DNA of 64,000 nt from Eledone cirrhosa (lineage: Eukaryota): NCBI GenBank assembly GCA_964016885.1, contig OZ024760.1, forward strand, positions 26,722,001 to 26,786,000. Direction: 5' to 3'. This document shows positions 26,778-39,595 of the stretch, piece by piece. Each line of letters opens with the position of its first letter. The stretch's first letter is position 1. The position numbers and the translations under genes were made by a program. The notes beneath the pieces are model-generated. The model was not told where the DNA came from. It saw nothing but the letters and a program-made list of their open reading frames with translations, and searched no databases.

Positions 26778-26828
26778 AGTTTCAGAAGATCCCGTTAAGG
26801 GTGAAAGCAGCGATTGTTTGCTTAAACT
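26778..26828 (+). ncRNA. Degenerate hammerhead (family E)
   Basis: AGUUU-CAGAAGA-uCCC guua aGGGu-GAAA-GCA...UGC-UU/AAACU, with one core mismatch. Confidence 0.55.
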
Positions 26829-27070
26829 TTAATCTGTTATTTATATATATATATATATATATAATTATATATTCATGTACAGATATTTTTGCATACACAT
26901 ATAAACAAAAGTATTTATTTCGCGATAAAGTATTGATTTTCTTCGCACGGAAAAAACCCTTGTAATGTACGATCGATTTTTTTTTATAAGCACAAAATGT
27001 AGACACCATCCCGAGGCCGAGGTATTCCGTACTTCTCTGTACTGTTATATATATATATATATATATATAT

Positions 27071-28320
27071 CTAAGGCGGGTAAAATTCCCGAGATCCATG
27101 GACGAGTTCTCTCCAGCGGTCTCTGTCCCTCATTATCGCTGCCATATCCTGCATCTCCAACAGACCAGTGTCTGTCCTTAGGGCATCAACATATGTTAAC
27201 CTTGGTCTTCCACTTGTAGTGTGTCCATGTAGGGGCTCCCAAAGGAGCACTGAGTGCAATGTCAACTCCGGATGTCGGTGAGCATGTCCAGCTAACCTCA
27301 GTCTCCTCTGTGTCACTTTTGAGCTGACTTTTGGGATGCTCCCATACAGCTCTGAGTTTTTCATCCTCAGTGTATACTGATTAATGTTCAGAGTCATCCT
27401 CAGCATTCTCGTGTAGCACTCATCCACCATCTGAGTGAGTTTCTTGGTCAGTGTCCAAGTCTCAGACCCATACAGCAGCACAGACTCCACTACAGCAATG
27501 AAGAGGCGGATTTTCAGGTCTCTACGAAGGTCCGACTTCCACACCGATCTCAAGCTGTGGCACGCCGCCCAGGCCTTCCTCTTCCTCTCAACCACATCAT
27601 CTTCCGTATTCCCAATCTTTGCTCCCAAATACAGGAAGTCCTCGACCAATTCCAGCGGCTTCCCGCCTACATTAGTGATCCCCTCTGGCTTCTCAACATT
27701 CTCTACCAGATATTTTGTTTTAGTCTCATTCATTCTCAGCCCCACACTCATCGACACAGTCTCAACCTCCCGCATCAAATCTTTTGTCACTTGTGGCAAA
27801 GACCCTCAACAGGATGATTCTTAACAGGATCCAGCCTGAGATGGAGAAGAAGCTCAGGGACAACCAGAACGGCTTCAGAGAGGGTAGATCAACCACCAGT
27901 CACATCCTGATGCTGAGGAGGATATTATAGGGAGCTAGAGCAAAGTGCCTTCCTGCGGTCATAGTTTTCATTGACTTTAGGAAGGCCTTTGATTCTGTGG
28001 ACCGTTACTGCCTGATGAAGATCTTACAGGCTTATGGAATCCCCAAGAAGATAGTGGACCTGATATCACTGCTCTACACCAACACCAAAGCCCAAGTCAT
28101 TACACCTGATGGGATGACAGAGTTCTTTGAGATACTGGCTGGAGTGCTCCAGTGAGATACATTGGCTCCCTACCTTTTTATCATCGTAGTGGACTATTGT
28201 ATGCGCCTTGCACTGGAGAAACACCAGGACTCTGGCTTTACTGTAGCACCGGCTCAGAGCAGGAGAGTTAGGGCGAAAAAGGTATCGGATGCTGAATTTG
28301 CCGACGACATAGTTTTGGTG

Positions 28321-28325
<5 letters not shown>
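27071..28325. pseudogene. RTE-like LINE with 5' inversion, in (TA)n
   Basis: Plus strand 27795-28325: RT core NQNGFREGRST...FIDFRKAFDSV...GVLQ*DTLAPYLF...FADDIVL. Minus strand 27795-27071: continuation GLRMNETKTKY...ESVLLYGSETW...RLRLAGH. Confidence 0.9.
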
Positions 28326-28395
<70 letters not shown>

Positions 28396-28714
28396 TATAT
28401 TCGTGTACAGATATTTTTGCATACACAATAACAAAATATAAACAAACGTATTTATTTCACGAGGCTCGATAGAGTTCTTATATATCAAATATATAAGAAC
28501 TCTAGAGCAAATCCCGAGCAACGCCGGGCCATTCTACTAGTAATACCTACAATGAAAATATGGGTGGTTTCCTCACACACGTTTTTGAAGGGTAACAGAG
28601 AGGGGGGTGGAGAAAACAAACCACAGAGAAGGGAGAAGAGAGAGAGAGAAACAATAGCAGTGAGAGAGAGGGAAAGAGGCAGAGAGATGGAAAGAGAGGG
28701 GGAGACAGAGAGGA

Positions 28715-29640
28715 TGGTGATGATGATGATGGTGATGGTGATCATGATGGTGATGATGGTTGTGGTGGTGATGACGACAATGTTGGCAGTGGTTGGACTG
28801 ATGGAGGTGGTGGTGACGACAACAGTGGTGGTGGTGGTGGTGGTGGTGGTGGTGGTGGTGGTGGTGGTGACAACAGTCATGACAGTGGTGGTGGTGGTGG
28901 TGACAGTGGTCCGACTGATGGCGATGGTGGTGGTGATGACAACAGTGATGACAGTGGTGGTGGTGGTGGTGACAACAGTGATGACAGTGGTGGTGGTGGT
29001 GGTGGTGGTGACAGTGGTCCGACTGATGGCGATGGTGGTGGTGATGACAACAGTGATGACAGTGGTGGTGGTGGTGGTGACAACAATGATGACAGTGGTG
29101 GTGGTGGTGGTGGTGGTGGTGGTGGTGGTGACAGTGGTGGTGGTGGTGGTGGTGGTGACAGTGGTGGTGGTGACAGTGGTGGTGGTGGTGGTGGTGGTGG
29201 TGACAACAGTGATGACAGTGGTGGTGGTGGTGGTGGTGGTGACAACAGTGATGACAGTGGTGGTGGTGGTGGTGGTGGTGGTGACAACAGTGATGACAGT
29301 GGTGGTGGTGGTGGTGGTGGTGACAGTGGTCCGACTGATGGCGATGGTGGTGGTGATGACAACAGTGATGACAGTGGTGGTGGTGGTGGTGACAACAATG
29401 ATGACAGTGGTGGTGGTGGTGGTGGTGGTGACAGTGGTGGTGGTGGTGGTGGTGACAGTGGTGGTGGTGGTGGTGGTGGTGGTGACAGTGGTGGTGGTGA
29501 CAGTGGTGGTGGTGGTGGTGGTGGTGGTGACAACAGTGATGACAGTGGTGGTGGTGGTGGTGGTGGTGGTGACAGTGGTCCGACTGATGGCGATGACGCT
29601 GATAAAGATGTCGGCAATAGCAATGTTGGTGGTGGTAGAG
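28715..29640. repeat. (GGT)n-based compound repeat with gacaacagtgat spacers
   Basis: Directly visible. Confidence 0.92.
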
Positions 29641-29891
29641 GGGTGTAGGGGGAGATAACGATTAAAATGATTGTGACGTGATGGTGGTAAATGTGAGGGG
29701 AGGGAGGATAGTGATGACAGGAGGGTGGGGAGAGGAATGGGAGAGGGGGGTGAAATGAGGAGGAAGGGAGTGAAAGGAAGGGGGGAGATTACTGAGAGGT
29801 GAAAGATATATATATAGAGAGAGAGACAGAGAGGGGGGTGGAATTGAAACGAGGAGAAAGGGAGTAAAAGGAAGGAGTGAGAGTAGTGAGA

Positions 29892-29929
<38 letters not shown>

Positions 29930-30167
29930 GGATGAGAAAAGCAAAATAGAAGCGAGAAAGAAACGAGGAAGAGAGGGAAGGAGAGAGGAAGGAGAGAGGA
30001 AAGAGAGATGGAGAGAGAGGGAGGGGAAAGGGAGGAGAGAGGTTGGTGGGGGGGGGGGGGGGAGAAACAAGATTCATTTGCTGAAGGAAGAGACAGGAAG
30101 GAATGGACAAGATAATAAATAGAGATCTATAGATAGATAGATATGGTGGTGGTGGGAGGGAGGGGGG

Positions 30168-30455
30168 AGAAGAAGAAGAAGAAGAAGACGAAGAAGAAGA
30201 AGACGAAGAAGACGAAGAAGAAGAAGAATAGGAGGAAGAAGAATAGGAAAAAGAAGAAGAATAGGAAGAAGAAGAAGCAGAAGAAGAAGAAGAAGAAGAA
30301 GAAGAGCAGAAGAATAGGAAGAAGAAGAAGAAGAAGAAGAAGAAGAAGAAGAAGAAGAAGAATAGGAAGAAGAAGAATAGGAAGAAAAAGAAGAGGAAGA
30401 AGAAGCAGAAGAAGAAGAAGAATGGAAAGAAGAATGAAAAGAAGAAGAAGAGGAA

Positions 30456-30487
<32 letters not shown>

Positions 30488-30578
30488 CGAAGAAGCAGAA
30501 GAAGAGGAAGAAGAAGCAGAAGAAGAAGAAGAAGAAAAAGAAAAAGAAGAAGAAGCAGAAGAATAGGAAGAAGAAGAA

Positions 30579-30610
<32 letters not shown>

Positions 30611-30647
30611 AGCAGAAGAAGAATGGAAAGAAGAATGAAAAGAAGAA

Positions 30648-30679
<32 letters not shown>

Positions 30680-30785
30680 AGCAGAAGAAGAATGGAAAGA
30701 AGAATGAAAAGAAGAAGAAGAAGAAGAAGAAGAAGAAGAATAGGAAGAAGAATGGAAAGAAGAAGAAGAAGAAGAAGAAGAAGTG
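30168..30785. repeat. Interrupted (GAA)n tract
   Basis: Directly visible, almost purely purine. Confidence 0.95.
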
Positions 30786-30991
30786 GAAGTGAAAGAAAAT
30801 GAAATAATAAATAAATAATAAATAATAATAAATAAATAATAATACAAGTGAAGGAATGAGTTTGTTTAATCAGAGTGTTGACCTTTGACCGTAATTCTGT
30901 AACTGACCTCAACATCTCACCTCATCTCTTCAGCTTTCTCTCAATTCACAACACAATTATTATCTTTGCTGAAGGTTTTTATTAAACCTCA

Positions 30992-31700
30992 TTGTTGTTG
31001 CTGTGGTTGTTGTTGTTGGTGGTGGTGGTGGTGTTGTGGTTGTTGTTGTGGTTGTTGGTGGTGTTGTTGTTGGTGGTGGTGGTGTTGTTGTGGTTGTGGT
31101 TGTTGTTGTTGTTGGTGGTGGTGGTGTTGTTGTTGGTGGTGGTGGTGGTGGTGTTGTTGTTGTTATTGTTGTTGTGGTTGTTGGTGGTGGTGGTGGTGTT
31201 GTTGTTGTTGGTGGTGGTGGTGGTGGTGTTGTTGTTATTGCTGTTATGGTTGGTGGTGGTGTTGTTGGTGGTGGTGGTGGTGTTGTGGTTGTGGTTGTTG
31301 GTGGTGGTGGTGTTGTTGTTGTTGGTGGTGGTGGTGGTGTTGTTGGTTGTGGTGGTGGTGGTGGTGGTGTTGTGGTTGTTGTTGGTGGTGGTGGTGGTGG
31401 TGGTGGTGGTGTTGTTGTTGTTGGTGGTGGTTGTGGTGGTGTTGTTGCTGTTGTTGGTGGTGGTGGTGGTGGTGGTGGTTGTGGTGGTGATAGTGGTGGT
31501 GAGGTTGTTGTTGTTGGTGGTGGTGGTTGGGTGGTGTTGTTGTTGGTGTTGGTGGTGGTGGTGGTATTGCTGTTATATCATTATTGTTGGTGTTGTTGTT
31601 GTTATTGGTGGTGGTGTTGTTGTTGTTGCTGTTATATCATTCTTATTGTTGTTATTGATGGTGTTGTTGTTGTTGTTGTTTTTTTATTGTTATTGTTGTT
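30992..31700. repeat. (GGT)n/(GTT)n compound tract
   Basis: Directly visible. Confidence 0.95.
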
Positions 31701-31819
31701 GTAATATATTTTCCGGTTGCTACTTCGTCAAGATTTACTCATCAAAAAAGTCCTCTTTATTTCTCAATTTACCGCAAAACCCACCAATGTCACTATTAAT
31801 TAACACCACAACCACCACC

Positions 31820-31862
<43 letters not shown>

Positions 31863-32876
31863 TTACTACCACTACTACTACCACCACTACTACTACTACT
31901 ATTACTACCAAAAATTCTAACCACCCTAAAACGAAAAAGCCCAGCTGAGGGCACAAATAAATTGCTACGCCCGTCGCTGTTGCCCTGGGGTCCTGGGAAA
32001 ATTACCCTCCTCCCCCCTCCCCCATTAAATCCGGCCCTGGCTGCCCCAGGTTTTTGAAATGCCCTGGAAACGCTGTAGACGGCGAATTGGCTCAGTCGTT
32101 AGAACGTCGGATAGAATGCTTTATGCTATTCGTTCCGGCGCTCTGCTCTCTGAGTTCAAATCGCGCCGAGGTCAACTTTGCCATTCACCCTTTCGAGGTC
32201 AATAAAAAAAACTACTAGTCTAGTACTGGGGTCGATTCTTTCTTTATATCTCTTTCTCATTTCCTCTATCTTTCTCTGCAAGAAATCTGCTGTACTCAGG
32301 CCTGGAGTTGGACGGGCATTTTTGTGCCATATTTTACGATAAAAATTTTTTTTTAAATCCTGGCATATAATCCACAATTCTTATGCAGTATTAGAGAAAT
32401 AAAATATGAACTGTTTGTAATTTGTGCGGGGTTGAAATGCGATCTGACAAACCCGTTTTACCAAAACGTGCTTCTTCAGCTAAGCACAAATACTGCTGTA
32501 GTAAATTTAAATTCGTCACAAATTATCAAAACACGTGTTCTTTTTGTTTTCCAGTAACATATGCTGCTCTCTCTAATTTTGGACGAATCTACTGATATTG
32601 CTCGTTGAAACATCGGTTTGTCTTAGACATTACAGTAAACAACGAATTATATACATTGACTATTCACAACTTGTAATTAAGCAATGACATAGTTGAAAGA
32701 ATGTTTTCAAGGGTAACTTTCCATCAAAACTAAACTGAGAAATACGATGGAGTCAGTTTTACTTTCGTCAATTTGGGACTAAAAATGTAAATTGAAGAAA
32801 AAATATTTGCTGGTATAACTCTACTCTATGTGAAGCCATGTCAAATTATGTCTCGATAAACTGAAGTCATGTTGAT

Positions 32877-33203
32877 GTACGACTTAAATGAAGCTACATC
32901 AAAGTATGACTCGAGTGAAGCTATGTTTATATACGACTTAAGTGAAGCTATATTGAAGAAGAACTCAAGTGAAGCTATAAAGTACGACCTAAGTGAAGTC
33001 ATGTAGATGTATGACTTAAGTTAAGCTATATCAAAGTATGACTCGAGCGAAGCTGTGTTCAGGTACGACTTAAGTGCGGCTATATCAAAGTACGACTCGA
33101 GTGAAACTATGTTGATGTACGACTTAAGTGTAACTATATCAAAGAACGACTCCAGTAAAGATATGAAGTACGACCTAAGAGAAGCCATATTGATGTACGA
33201 CTG
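32877..33203. repeat. Degenerate 27-bp repeat, ~12 units, two of 24 bp
   Basis: gacttaag / gactcgag motifs at 32881, 32908, 32935, 32962, 32986, 33013 ... 33199. Confidence 0.85.
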
Positions 33204-33324
33204 AAGAATCTACAAAAATTAGTGAAGATAGAATGAAATAATCGATATATTAAAATTTTAGATTTTAAAGGTAAGCATTTTATTGATTATCAACTAATTT
33301 AAAATTCTCAACTAATTAATTACA

Positions 33325-34041
33325 AACTAACTTATAGAGGACAACTACATTATATGGGGGGAGATTAGTTTATAGGGGGAAAACTACCTTATAGGGGGAA
33401 ATTAGCTTATAGGGGGGAAAACTACCTTATAGGGGGAACTTAGCTTATAGGGGGAAATTAGCATGTAGGGGGAAAACTAACTTATAGGGGGAAATTAGCT
33501 TATAGGGGAAAACTACCTTATAGGGGGAAATAAGCTTATAGGGGGAAAACTACATTATAGGGGGGAAATTAGCTTATAGGGAGGAAACTACATTATATGG
33601 GGGGAATTAGCTTATAGGGGGAAAACTACCTAATAGGGGGAAATTAGCTTATAGGGGGAAAACTCCATTATAGGGGGAAATTAGCTTATAGGGGGAAACT
33701 ACATTATAGGGGAAAATTAGCTTATAGGGGGAAAACTACATTATGGGGGAAATTAGCTTATAGGGGGAAAACTACCTAATAGGGGGAAATTAGCTTATAG
33801 GGGGAAAACTACATTATAGGGGAAAATTAGCTTATAGGAGGGAACTACCTTATAGGGGGAAATTAGCTTATAGGGGGAAAACTACATTATAAGGGGGAAA
33901 TTAGCTTATAGGAGGGAACTACCTTATAGGGGAAAATTAGCTTATAGGGGGAAAACTACATTATAGGGGAAAATTAGCTTATAGGGGGAAAACTATCTTA
34001 TAGGGGGAAATTAGCTTATAGGGGGAAACTACCTTATAGGG
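33325..34041. repeat. ~37-bp G-run minisatellite (two ~18-bp subunits), ~19 copies
   Basis: aaattagcttataggggg-aaaactaccttatagggg repeated. Confidence 0.93.
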
Positions 34042-34139
34042 CAATACTTTTTTTTATTTGGAATAGGAGGGGGGGTTATATTTGGGAAGATCCTTTATTT
34101 TATATTTGTATTGTTTTTTGTTAATTCCATTCGGAGGGT

Positions 34140-35500
34140 AGTGTTGTAGTATAGGGGAGAGTGGTGTGGTGGCTAGTGTTGTAGTGTACAGTGGTGTGGT
34201 GATGGTGTGGTGGCTAGTGTTGTAGTGTCCAGTGGTGGTGTGGTGGCTAGTGTTGTGTACAGTGGTGTCGTGGTGGTGTGGTCGCTAGTGTTGTAGAGTA
34301 CAGTGATGTGGTGGTGGTGTGGTGGCTAGTGTTGTAGTGTACAGTGGTGTGGTGATGGTGTGGTGGCTAGTGTTGTAGTGTCCAGTGGTGGTGTGGTGGC
34401 TAGTGTTGTGTACAGTGGTGTCGTGGTGGTGTGGTGGCTAGTGTTGTAGAGTACAGTGATGTGGTGGTGGTGTGGTGGCTAGTGTTGTAGTGTAGTGTAC
34501 AGTGGTGTGGTGGTGATGTGGTGGCTAGTGTTGTAGTGTCCAGTGGTGGTGTGGTGGCTAGTGTTTTAGTGTACAGTGGTGTGATGGTGGTGTGGTCGCT
34601 AGTGTTATAGTGTACAGTGGTGTGGTAGTGGTGTGGTGGCTAGTGTTGTAGTGTAGTGTACAGTGGTGTGGTGGTGATGTGGTGGCTAGTGTTGTAGTGT
34701 AGTTTAGCAGTACGAAGCCTATTACGGTGTGTTATAAAGAAGTGCATGGTGTGACGTGGTGTAGTGTAGTGTATTATAAAGAAGTGGATGGTATAGTGTA
34801 GTGTAGTATAGTGTGTTATAAAGAAGTGGATGGTGTAGTGTAGTGTAGTGTGTTATAAAGAAGTGGATGGTATAGTGTAGTGTAGTATAGTGTGTTATAA
34901 AGAAGTGGATGGTGTGGTGTAGTGTAGTGTGTTATAAAGAAGTGGATGGTGTAGTGTAGTGTGTTATAAAGAAGTGGATGGTATAGTGTAGTGTAGTATA
35001 GTGTGTTATAAAGAAGTGGATGGTGTAGTGTAGTGTAGTGTGTTATAAAGAAGTGGATGGTATAGTGTAGTGTAGTATAGTGTGTTATAAAGAAGTGGAT
35101 GGTGTGGTGTAGTGTAGTGTGTTATAAAGAAGTGGATGGTGTGGTGTAGTGTGTTATAAAGAAGTCCAGAGTGCGGCGTGGTGTAGTGTAGTGTGTTATA
35201 AAGAAGTGCATGGTGTGGCGTGGTGTAGTGTAGTGTGTTGTAAAGAAGTTGATGGCGTGGTGTAGTGTGTTATAAAGAAGTGGATGGTGTAGTGCGTTAT
35301 AAAGAAGTGGATGGTGTGGTGAGGTGTAGTGTGTTATAAAGAAGTGCATGGCGTGGTGCAGTGTAGTGTGTTATAAAGAAGTGGATGGTGTAGTGCGTTA
35401 TAAAGAAGTGGATGGTGTGGTGAGGTGTAGTGTGTTATAAAGAAGTGCATGGCGTGGTGCAGTGTAGTGTGTTATAAAGAAGTGGATGGTGTGGCGTGGT
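34140..35500. repeat. Two adjacent minisatellites (ggctagtgttgtagtgtacag...; gtgttataaagaagtggatg...)
   Basis: Constant cores with variable (gtgta/gtgtg)n spacers. The switch occurs at ~34705-34728. Confidence 0.9.
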
Positions 35501-36287
35501 GTGGTGTAGTGTGTTGAGATGTGGTGTGGTGTTGATGTAAGGAATAACGAACATTTGACTGTTTTAGTGCAACCATTCTTTAAATCCTACCTCCCTATAG
35601 ACTAAGTTTCCCTCAAAACACCTTCATCTTCCTTCTCCCATCTCCTCTCCCTTCTCTTTTTCTCACCCTTCCTCCTATTATACAACCATTCTATCTGGCT
35701 CCCTTCTCTCTTCCCTCCATTCTATCTACCTCTCTCTCTCTCTCCCTCCACCATTCTACCCTCACACCACCACCACCAATCTCTCCTCCTCTCTAATGAC
35801 AACTAACACCGTTTTCTTGTCACATGACATCCATATCAGTTTAGCACATCTTGAAGACAATCAGCTATCGTCACAATAGACACCACGCACCTACACCATA
35901 CCACACTAGACAACACCACACCCGCACCACACCACACCCACACCACACCCCATCTAACCACAGGAACACCTACACCACACCAGAGCCACACAACACCACA
36001 CCAGGTCATACAGCCGTATGACAACACAAATCACTACAACTCACCACACCACACCACCTCACCTCACCTCACCTCACCTCACCTCACCTCACACCACACT
36101 ACACCACACCAAACCACCTCACACCACACTACACTACACTACACTACACTACACCACACCAAACCGGAACCACACGACGTCCAACATATAGATGTTTGTG
36201 GTTTTACAAGGAGACATCACCGGTGGTCGCGTTTGGAGTTATAAACCTTGCTTAATGTGGTTGCCCCCGATTGAACCCGGGATAAAC

Positions 36288-36318
<31 letters not shown>

Positions 36319-36321
<3 letters not shown>

Positions 36322-36465
36322 GAAAATGTGTGTAATCCTTGGTACAGTTAGGTATATTAAGACGGGGGGAAGAAAAAAATGGCTTCACTTGTGCTTTCAA
36401 CAAATTTATTAAATTTGTTGAAAGCACAAGTGAAGCCATTTTTTTCTTCCCCCCTGTCTTAATAT
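36319..36465. mobile_element. Fold-back element family N in (TA)n
   Basis: Palindrome 36355-36465 centred on aaatttattaaattt, plus a tail. A second copy with the same long-arm end starts at 39122. Confidence 0.7.
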
Positions 36466-36489
36466 ATATATATATATACATATATATAT

Positions 36490-36856
36490 AAAGTAGAAGG
36501 GATATTCAATTTGTTGGTAATTCAACAAATATAAATATTTATAACTGATTCAGAGCACTCGACAAGTTTTCTGGAGTATAATATACAATGATATTAAATA
36601 AATGGAAACTATATCTATAAAACCATATTTATTCTATTATATATATTTCAAGGAAAACTTATATTTCAAGGAAAACTTATATTTCAAGGAAAACTTGAAC
36701 CGTTAAGGTATATTATCCTTGGTTATGTCAAAATTTATAAAACACACTTTGTATTTTATCTGATGATAGCGTACCAAAATGTTGGTACCCTTGAAATATA
36801 TATAATAGAATAAATATGGTTTTATAAATATAGTTTCCTTTTATTTAATATCATTG
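36490..36856. mobile_element. Fold-back fragment of PLE terminal repeat family B
   Basis: Long arm homologous to 56475-56622. The short arm carries an HHR with core ctgatga at ~36760. Confidence 0.75.
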
Positions 36857-37118
36857 TATATATATATACACACACACACAATGTCAGGACCCCGACGGCT
36901 GAGCTCCGGCCGTTTCGACAGCTAGATCCGAACTATATATATATAATTTAATAGAGAAATGGCTTTCCCGGAGATTTTTATTGAATGAAACAGTTCTAGT
37001 CCTGTTGAAGCCATTTCTATATTAAATTTGTTGTTTACACTCTACCAATGTATTGAGTACATTATTTACTGTGCTTACTCACGATCGAACCCGGGACTCG
37101 TGTGTGTGTGTGTGTGTG

Positions 37119-37151
<33 letters not shown>

Positions 37152-37270
37152 GTTTACGGCCATATCACGCTGAGAATATCGGTTCTCGTCCGATCACCGA
37201 AGTTAAGCAACGTCGATCCTAGTTAGTACTTAGATGGGTGACCTTGGGAACCCTAGGTGCCGTAAGCATT
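37152..37270 (+). rRNA. 5S rRNA copy (probably a pseudogene or SINE head)
   Basis: gtttacggccatatcacg...ctcgtccgatcaccgaagttaagcaac...gttagtacttagatgggtgacc...gccgtaagc. Terminal stem pairs, internal promoter boxes are recognisable, and there is a small deletion after gtgacc. Confidence 0.88.
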
Positions 37271-37276
37271 TACTGC

Positions 37277-37390
37277 TGAAGGCTGAGTGGTTAGAGAATT
37301 GGATTCGCAATCGTGAGGTTGTGATTTCGATTTCCGGGCCGGGCGATGTGTTATGTCCTTGGGCAAGACACTTTATTTCACGTTGCTCCT
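37277..37390 (+). mobile_element. tRNA-derived SINE head and body (S2-related)
   Basis: ggctgagtggttagag...tttcgatttcc...tccttgggcaagacactttatttcacgttgctcc. Confidence 0.75.
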
Positions 37391-37482
37391 TCTACCTGGA
37401 GTTGCGACCGATAGATTGTATTAGCAATTGAAAGACCAATGGAAACATTGTTTCCTCGGTCCGATTTGACGAAAGTCGATCG

Positions 37483-37520
<38 letters not shown>

Positions 37521-37635
37521 AAAGAATGAATAATAACACGGTTGGCTGTACAATAGCGTTTATTTACAGTATTCACAATCGTTTCATTAATCAGGTGAGT
37601 CTAAAAGCTGCTGATCATTAGAACGTTAACTTGTT

Positions 37636-37687
<52 letters not shown>

Positions 37688-37689
<2 letters not shown>

Positions 37690-37973
37690 AAAGTTCTATT
37701 TAAAATTGTTGGGATACAACAAGTAAATATTTTTATAACTGATATAAAGCACTCGACAAGTATTTGGAGTAGATATACGATATTAATAAATGGAAACTAT
37801 CCGGATAACTTCCAAAAACAATGGTTGTATTTTAATAGGGTATGTCAACGCTTATTTGTAAAACTGTTTATATATTGTATTTTGTCTGATGAAGGCATAC
37901 CATAATTTAATTTGGTATCCCTGAAATATGTATAATGAAATAAATATGGTTTTATAAATATAGTTTCCATTTA

Positions 37974-37980
<7 letters not shown>
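37688..37980. mobile_element. Fold-back fragment of PLE terminal repeat family B with HHR
   Basis: UAUUUUGU-CUGAUGA-AGG...CCU-GAAA-UAUGUA-UA/AUGAAAUA at ~37878-37942. (TA)n on both sides. Confidence 0.8.
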
Positions 37981-38031
<51 letters not shown>

Positions 38032-38177
38032 ATTTCTGTATACACAGAGAGTGGGTAACCGAGACTGCACTAATGTATATATAAATATACACATATCTTA
38101 TATGTAGACATATAAATATGCCAGAACATACGAATTTCCTTGCAAATTGAAAAAGATGATAAACACTTTAATTCATT

Positions 38178-38223
<46 letters not shown>

Positions 38224-38506
38224 TATTCATTCAGGTTTGAGGTTCACCACTGGATAGAGCTGGTCAATTCCGTATGGTCAATCTTAATGTAATAATATAG
38301 AGAGTACTCAACGTAAAGCAGTTCAACCGTCTTCGTTTTTGTAGTTGGTGGTGCTAGTACGCAGTTAAATATTATAATGAAATGACAGGAGGCTGGATTT
38401 GTGTAAATCCTTGAAAGGTTTATTATACTATGATCATTTCAAGGGTTCATTCGAAATATAATAAATGAATGTAATGGATAAATTACATTCTTTTATTATA
38501 TTTTGA

Positions 38507-38564
38507 ATACCTGATGATATCACCGGATTCATACGGAACCCGGTCCTTGAAATGATCAAAGTAT
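38507..38564 (+). ncRNA. Hammerhead (family H) within fold-back 38376-38612
   Basis: AUAC-CUGAUGA-..ACCGG...CCGGU..-GAAA-UGAUCA-AA/GUAU. The inverted arm retains the AUA site. Confidence 0.65.
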
Positions 38565-38785
38565 AATAAACCTTTCAAGGATTTACACAAGTCCAGCCTC
38601 CTGTCATTTCATTGGCAGTATCAGTAGAGGGTCGGACCCCATACTTTCCAGCATAGTTACGTCCCTTTCCGATCTGAGTTCAAATCCCGCCGAGGTTGAC
38701 TTTGCCTTTCATCCTTACGGGGTCGATAAAATAAAGTACCAGTAATGCACTGGGTATTTGCTGGCCTTGTGCCTAAAGTAGAAAC

Positions 38786-38825
<40 letters not shown>

Positions 38826-38827
<2 letters not shown>

Positions 38828-39020
38828 CAAAGGAAGTGTGGTAAGGAACCAGGTGGACCATTACGCACCAGAGTACTCAATACTTAAGGTAGTAGAGTGG
38901 GTAATAGAAGAATCAGGACCCCGACGGCTGAGCTCTGGCTGTTTCGACAGCTAGATCCGAACGTTCGGATCTAGCTGTGGAAACGGTCGGTGTTCAGCCG
39001 TCGGGGTCCTGATTCTTTTC
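38826..39020. mobile_element. Fold-back element family A
   Basis: Palindrome centred on ccgaacgttcgg, with the same end points as other copies. Confidence 0.75.
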
Positions 39021-39081
39021 CTATATATATATATATATATGGTAAGAAATAAAATTCAAATTTTATTTATATATATATGTA

Positions 39082-39126
<45 letters not shown>

Positions 39127-39555
39127 AAATGTGTGTAATCCTTGGTACAGTTAGGTATATTAAGAGAGGGGGGAAGAAAAAAATGGCTTCACTTGTGCTT
39201 TCAACAAATTTATTTTCTTCACAAAATCCAAAAAGAATTTTTTTCCGGATTAGAAAAAAATATTTTTTTTCTTAAAAAAATTTTTTTTATAAATTAAGTT
39301 GTTGGTTGTATGACGAAGCGACTATGCACAGGTTATACTGGGTTACATCCTGCGGAATGAAAAACAAGACCCGTCAAAGGACAGAGAAACTCAGGAGAGT
39401 CAACGGCCATCCAATAAAGTATTTTTTGTGGAGCGAGAGACTCCAACTCTTCATTAAGACATCTCTCTAGGAGAAGGTCACTCTGATATAAAACCTGCGC
39501 CTTCGTTTACATCCAATACAAGATTTCGCGGGTAGCAGAGACAAGAGAATACAGA

Positions 39556-39595
39556 ATCTTGACAAGGAGCAAGACAGTCCGAAACAATTGTCGAT
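39556..39595 (+). ncRNA. Decayed hammerhead-like motif
   Basis: AUC-UUGACAA-GGA...UCC-GAAA-CAAUUG-UC/GAU, with two transitions in the core. Confidence 0.45.

Larger units (their letters stand above)
26376..28540 (+). mobile_element. Non-autonomous Helitron carrying nested insertions
   Basis: 5' A/TCtatatatctaaaacag and 3' hairpin cccgagcaacgccggg followed by CTAG/T. That these two ends belong to one element is inferred. Confidence 0.65.

Noticed and set aside
28485-31948. Mucin-like poly-Thr, extensin-like poly-Pro, protamine-like poly-Arg and Cys/Trp ORFs
   Set aside because: Trinucleotide tracts with no synonymous codon diversity.
34728-35500. CRISPR-like constant repeat with variable spacers (also considered for 47995-48330 and 40370-41210)
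   Set aside because: The spacers are simple-repeat length variants rather than unique sequences. The context is eukaryotic and there are no cas genes.
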